Of a stretch of 42,185 nt of DNA, positions 37,771 through 42,185 are shown one piece after another; the stretch's first letter is position 1, and every line of letters begins with the position of its first letter. Below the pieces are notes generated by a model. That model saw nothing but the letters and a program-made list of their open reading frames with translations. It made no database searches and was not told the DNA's origin. The DNA lies in IMG/VR virus record IMGVR_UViG_3300012667_000090, positions 1-42,185 of that record; one strand, given 5' to 3'. Origin of the DNA: a virus. Lineage: Duplodnaviria > Caudoviricetes. Both the position numbers and the translations under genes were made by a program.

Positions 37771-38149
37771 TTGTCTCTAGACATTGTTTACTACTCAAAT
37801 CGTTCTGGAAATACAAAACGTTTTGTGGAAAAACTTGGGTATGAGAATACTTTTAGTGTCCTACAACTCCCCCTAGCAAGCAAAGAGTATGTTCTCTTTG
37901 TACCCACTTATGGTGGTGGCGACGGGGAGTATGCTGTCCCCAGGGCAGTAGCCAAATTTCTTAATGTTAGATCTAATAGAGATTTACTACGTGGCGTTGT
38001 GGGCTTTGGAAATACAAACTTTGGTGACCACTATTGTAAGGCAGCTTACATAATCACTAACAAAACAGGTACTCCACTCCTGGCAAAGGTGGAACTTCTG
38101 GGAACTCCAGAAGATGTAGAACTAGTTAAAACAAAAATGAGGGAACTAA

Positions 38150-38172
<23 letters not shown>
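37771..38172 (+). CDS. nrdI: NrdI flavodoxin
   Basis: [36 protein letters not shown]; TTG start with GGTGG SD. Confidence 0.93.
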
Positions 38173-41230
<3,058 letters not shown>

Positions 41231-41231
<1 letters not shown>

Positions 41232-41392
41232 TGGAATTTCATGAGTGGGTACAACTTGGAATCGACAGTGGATGGATTAGTGAAGCGTTTTGTAATACGC
41301 ATGACGGTGATCCATACATGACCGATGAAGAGATGCAAGAGTGGGAAGACGGCGGAGATCCTTGCCAGCCAGTCTTCAAGATTCTACAGTGA
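41231..41392 (+). CDS. Small acidic protein with CxxH...C, 53 aa (missing from the ORF track)
   Basis: MEFHEWVQLGIDSGWISEAFCNTHDGDP...GGDPCQPVFKILQ*; TAATG and GTGA couplings on both sides. Confidence 0.8.
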
Positions 41393-42108
41393 AGATAGTA
41401 TTTACACCATCTAGCGAAATAGCAGAGAAATACTTTGAGCCACCAAAGAGTGCATCTAAGTATGTACCAGAGTGGTTCAAGTCTCTGCCATTGCACCTTA
41501 ATGGTGAAAAAGACTATGGAATGACTCCAAATGGTAAGGGGCCAACCAATCTAACGATTAAGGGATGCTCTCCATTTCTCGATGCACTAACTACGGGGTA
41601 TATTATTACCACCCAGTTTGACATTGAGGTTAGGAAGCAGCCTGGTGGCAACCTATCATTTAACTGGTCTGTTGATGCACCTGGTTATTTAAGTATTCAT
41701 GCACCAGAGCAGACGGTTGGTCTTCCAGTTCCTATGGGCTCATTTGACGGGGCATTTAAATGGAATCCACAATGGCAGATTAAAACTCCTAAGGGTTATA
41801 GCACCATGTTTATGCACCCATTAAACAGAGATGAATTACCATTTAGGGTAATGTCTGGTGTTGTTGATACAGACGACTATACACTGCCAGTACAGTTTCC
41901 ATTTAGAATGCTTGACTTTGATAGAGATATCTTGATCATTCCAAAGGGAACTCCGCTTGTACAGGTCTTTCCATTTAAGCGTGAAAACTGGACAAATAAA
42001 GTTGAAAAGTTTTCTCAAGAAGAACTTGACAAGAAAAACTTTACACTGTATGCTAGAATCATAAGATCTTACAAGACACAGTTTTGGAAGAAGAAAACTT
42101 ACAATTAA
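41389..42108 (+). CDS. dUTPase-fold-like protein of unknown function
   Basis: GTG41389 by GTGA coupling; 'GVVDTDDY' and 'IIPKGTPLVQV' echo dUTPase motifs 3 and 4. Confidence 0.6.
   Translation: MKIVFTPSSEIAEKYFEPPKSASKYVPEWFKSLPLHLNGEKDYGMTPNGKGPTNLTIKGCSPFLDALTTGYIITTQFDIEVRKQPGGNLSFNWSVDAPGYLSIHAPEQTVGLPVPMGSFDGAFKWNPQWQIKTPKGYSTMFMHPLNRDELPFRVMSGVVDTDDYTLPVQFPFRMLDFDRDILIIPKGTPLVQVFPFKRENWTNKVEKFSQEELDKKNFTLYARIIRSYKTQFWKKKTYN
42026..42059 (+). promoter_or_regulatory. Possible promoter for the tRNA (TTGACA-17-TATGCT, overlapping TGcTAGAAT)
   Basis: Lies in the last codons of the upstream gene, about 60 nt before the tRNA. Confidence 0.45.
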
Positions 42109-42114
42109 ATATAG

Positions 42115-42185
42115 TGGGATATAGCTCAGTTGGCAGAGCGTTCGACTGTTAATCGAAATGTCCCTGGTTCGAGCCCAGGTATCCC
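42115..42185 (+). tRNA. tRNA-Asn(GTT), 3' end cut by the window
   Basis: Acceptor TGGGATA/TATCCC; D arm GCTC/GAGC; anticodon arm TTCGA-ctGTTaa-TCGAA; T arm CCTGG-TTCGAGC-CCAGG. Confidence 0.95.

Noticed and set aside
37763-37771. TGgTATGAT as a promoter for nrdI
   Set aside because: It would start transcription inside the gene; the same bases are better read as a GGTGG SD for TTG37771.

Overview
This is a 42-kb segment of a large tailed dsDNA phage with siphovirus-type organisation. Every supported gene lies on the + strand and most are coupled by short overlaps. The left half (1-22.5 kb) is a head-tail connector and tail module: adaptor, stopper, neck and terminator-type genes, the major tail protein, two paralogous tail assembly chaperones, a 2778-aa tape measure protein, Dit-like and hub/minor tail proteins, and an Mtd_N plus tail-collar fibre. 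The right half is a replication, recombination and nucleotide module: HTH regulator, DnaB, DnaG, SSB, DnaE, MazG-like protein, NrdH, RecA, two resolvase-like nucleases, a DEDD exonuclease, a Cas4-like nuclease and DUF3310. Terminase genes, class Ib nrdIEF, a dUTPase-fold protein and a tRNA-Asn(GTT) cut by the window end follow. The NrdE/NrdF/NrdH sequences, leaderless promoters and gene content point to an actinobacterial host (inference). The most notable signal is that the classic frameshifted G/GT tail-chaperone pair appears to be replaced by a gene duplication: a hard-wired long form first, then a separate short form, each with its own promoter. Other notable signals are a motif-delimited cargo region in the tape measure protein, a recurrent promoter architecture, and apparent avoidance of CCGG/GCGC/CGCG. 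All calls come from motif reading only; no database searches were run.
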